The notes under the pieces were generated by a model. It saw only the letters and a program-made list of their open reading frames with translations. It made no database searches and had not been told where the DNA came from. A program made the translations under genes and the position numbers. From Candidatus Nitrospira inopinata (GTDB lineage Bacteria > Nitrospirota > Nitrospiria > Nitrospirales > Nitrospiraceae): DNA of 32,000 nucleotides. The stretch spans positions 1,410,001-1,442,000 of the forward strand of contig NZ_LN885086.1 in NCBI RefSeq assembly GCF_001458695.1, read 5' to 3'. Shown here one piece after another: positions 30,713 to 32,000 of the stretch; the stretch's first letter is position 1, and each line of letters starts with the position of its first letter.

Positions 30713-32000
30713 CGAGGACAATGAAGAAGAGGAAAATCGCGATGGAGCTTCGTTCTGCGTCCTTGCTGGCGGCGGTCGTGGCGTCGATCGCGACCATGAC
30801 CGGTTGCGCGGGCCTGGGGGAGCTGACCGACGCGCGGACCGCTGATCCGCGGACCATGAGATTTGCGCCCGTCGAGTTTTCTCCTCCGGAACCGGAACGG
30901 CTCGTGTTGGACAACGGCATGGTGGTTTATCTGCTGGAGGATCATGAACTGCCCTTGATCACGGTGACGGCGACCATGCGAACAGGCGGTTGGCTCGACC
31001 AAGAAGACAAAATCGGTCTCGCCGCGTTGACCGGCACGGTGATGCGGACCGGCGGCGGAGGGAGGTTCTCCGCGGAGGAAGTCGACGAAGAGTTGGAGCA
31101 GCTCGCGGCCAACATCGGCATCGGCATCGGCCGGGAATCCGGGTCCGCCTCTCTCGACGTGTTGAGCAAGGATTTCAAACGGGGGTTGGAGATCTTCGCC
31201 GCTCTCCTTCGGGAGCCGGCGTTCGATCCGGCTCGTGTCGAGCTGGCCAAACTACAGGCCATCGAGGGAATTCGACGTCGGCAGGACCAGCCCGGCTCCA
31301 TCGTCGGTCGAGAGTTCCTCAAATCGCTGTACGGCGCCGGACATCCAAGCGCCCGCGAGAGCACGGTCGAATCGATTCGCCGCATCGGCAGAGACGACCT
31401 GGTCTCGTTCCACCGGGAGACCGTCCATCCGAACGGCATGATTCTCGGCGTCACGGGCGACTTCAAGAGAGAAGAAATGTTGGAAGCGTTGCGGGCAACC
31501 TTCGGAGATTGGCGGCCGGGAACGGTGCCGGAACTGAAGATTCCCGAGGTGGCCGAACAGGAAGCGGTCAAACCCGCGGTGCTGTTCATCGACAAGGAGA
31601 CGACGCAGACCCATCTCCGGGTGGGGCATTTGTCGATCAAAGAATACGATTCCGATTACGCCGCCTTGGCGATCGCCAACGACATTCTGGGAGGCAGCTC
31701 GTTCCGCAGCCGCCTGTTCAACGACGTGCGGACCAAACGGGGCTTGGCCTATTCCGTCGGCAGCCGTTTGATGGCCGGCTCGCACGATCAGGGCGTCTGG
31801 CTGATGAGGGCCGAGACCAAGTCCGAGTCCACGCAGGAAGTCGTCAAGCGGTTCGTGGCCAATGTCGAGCGTATCCGCTCCGAGTTCGTGAGCGACGAAG
31901 AGTTGGCCGAAGCGAAAGACGCCTACGTCAATTCGTTTGTGTTTTCGTTTTCCAGCCCATCGGCCATCGTGAGCCGACTGATCGAGCTGGAGTATGACGG
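30709..32000 (+). CDS. M16 family peptidase-like protein, non-catalytic partner (no HxxEH), probable lipoprotein; 3'-truncated by the window end
   Basis: This gene is not in the supplied ORF track. My own translation from ATG 30709 (ATGA overlap with the upstream stop) is open to the window end: MTRTMKKRKIAMELRSASLLAAVVASIATMTGCAG...GLAALTGTVMRTGG (in place of HxxEH)...FRSRLFNDVRTKRGLAYSVGS. Confidence 0.8.
   Translation, partial: MTRTMKKRKIAMELRSASLLAAVVASIATMTGCAGLGELTDARTADPRTMRFAPVEFSPPEPERLVLDNGMVVYLLEDHELPLITVTATMRTGGWLDQEDKIGLAALTGTVMRTGGGGRFSAEEVDEELEQLAANIGIGIGRESGSASLDVLSKDFKRGLEIFAALLREPAFDPARVELAKLQAIEGIRRRQDQPGSIVGREFLKSLYGAGHPSARESTVESIRRIGRDDLVSFHRETVHPNGMILGVTGDFKREEMLEALRATFGDWRPGTVPELKIPEVAEQEAVKPAVLFIDKETTQTHLRVGHLSIKEYDSDYAALAIANDILGGSSFRSRLFNDVRTKRGLAYSVGSRLMAGSHDQGVWLMRAETKSESTQEVVKRFVANVERIRSEFVSDEELAEAKDAYVNSFVFSFSSPSAIVSRLIELEYD

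Noticed and set aside
28736-30721. 661-aa minus-strand ORF
   Set aside because: It is antisense to the gph and M16 peptidase genes. The composition is R/G/P-rich with no motifs, so it is a shadow ORF.
30990-31997. 335-aa plus-strand ORF from the track
   Set aside because: It is in the wrong frame and extremely R-rich. Frame 1 from 30709 encodes a recognisable M16-like protein across the same DNA.
1-32000. CRISPR array, cas genes, tRNA/rRNA, transposase/integrase
   Set aside because: I looked for regularly spaced direct repeats and for tRNA-like T-arm sequences in all intergenic gaps and found none. The only GGTTCGAA-like string (28393-28403) is inside a CDS with no acceptor stem.

Overview
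High-GC bacterial chromosomal window. The gene content and composition look like a Nitrospira-type chemolithoautotroph, but that taxonomy is only a guess. I support about 31 protein genes. By eye I found no rRNA, tRNA, CRISPR array, integrase or transposase.

Housekeeping blocks:
- 1-11.5 kb is mostly one long minus-strand block: gmhA, SprT-like protease, dinB, rfaE2, mfd and two parvulin PPIases. It also holds iaaA, mtgA and engB.
- 11.5-14 kb is a three-gene plus-strand islet: an orphan TIGR02710-type CARF protein, a YbgC-like thioesterase and a single-domain protoglobin.
- 14.1-19.3 kb (minus strand) holds an NAD-type isocitrate dehydrogenase with a translationally coupled 117-aa unknown, then a sigma-54 enhancer-binding response regulator and a PAS-GAF-PAS histidine kinase.
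- 26-32 kb is housekeeping again: hemL, gph and an M16 peptidase pair. The second M16 gene is missing from the supplied ORF track.

Accessory stretch, 19.3-26.1 kb:
- A decayed DabA/MpsB (DUF2309) remnant with in-frame TGA stops.
- A lipoprotein plus coiled-coil protein pair.
- A visibly lower-GC segment (about 21.5-26.1 kb) that carries the most interesting candidate.

Main candidate: a four-gene operon encoding an S8 subtilase with no signal peptide. It is flanked by free-standing paralogues of its own N-terminal I9-like prodomain and its own C-terminal domain, followed by an acidic internally repeated 91-aa protein. This operon and the neighbouring secreted SNase-type nuclease gene are each preceded by the same extended sigma-54-type element, TGGCAC-N6-TGCGTGCT.

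All family assignments come from motif recognition by eye. No searches were run.
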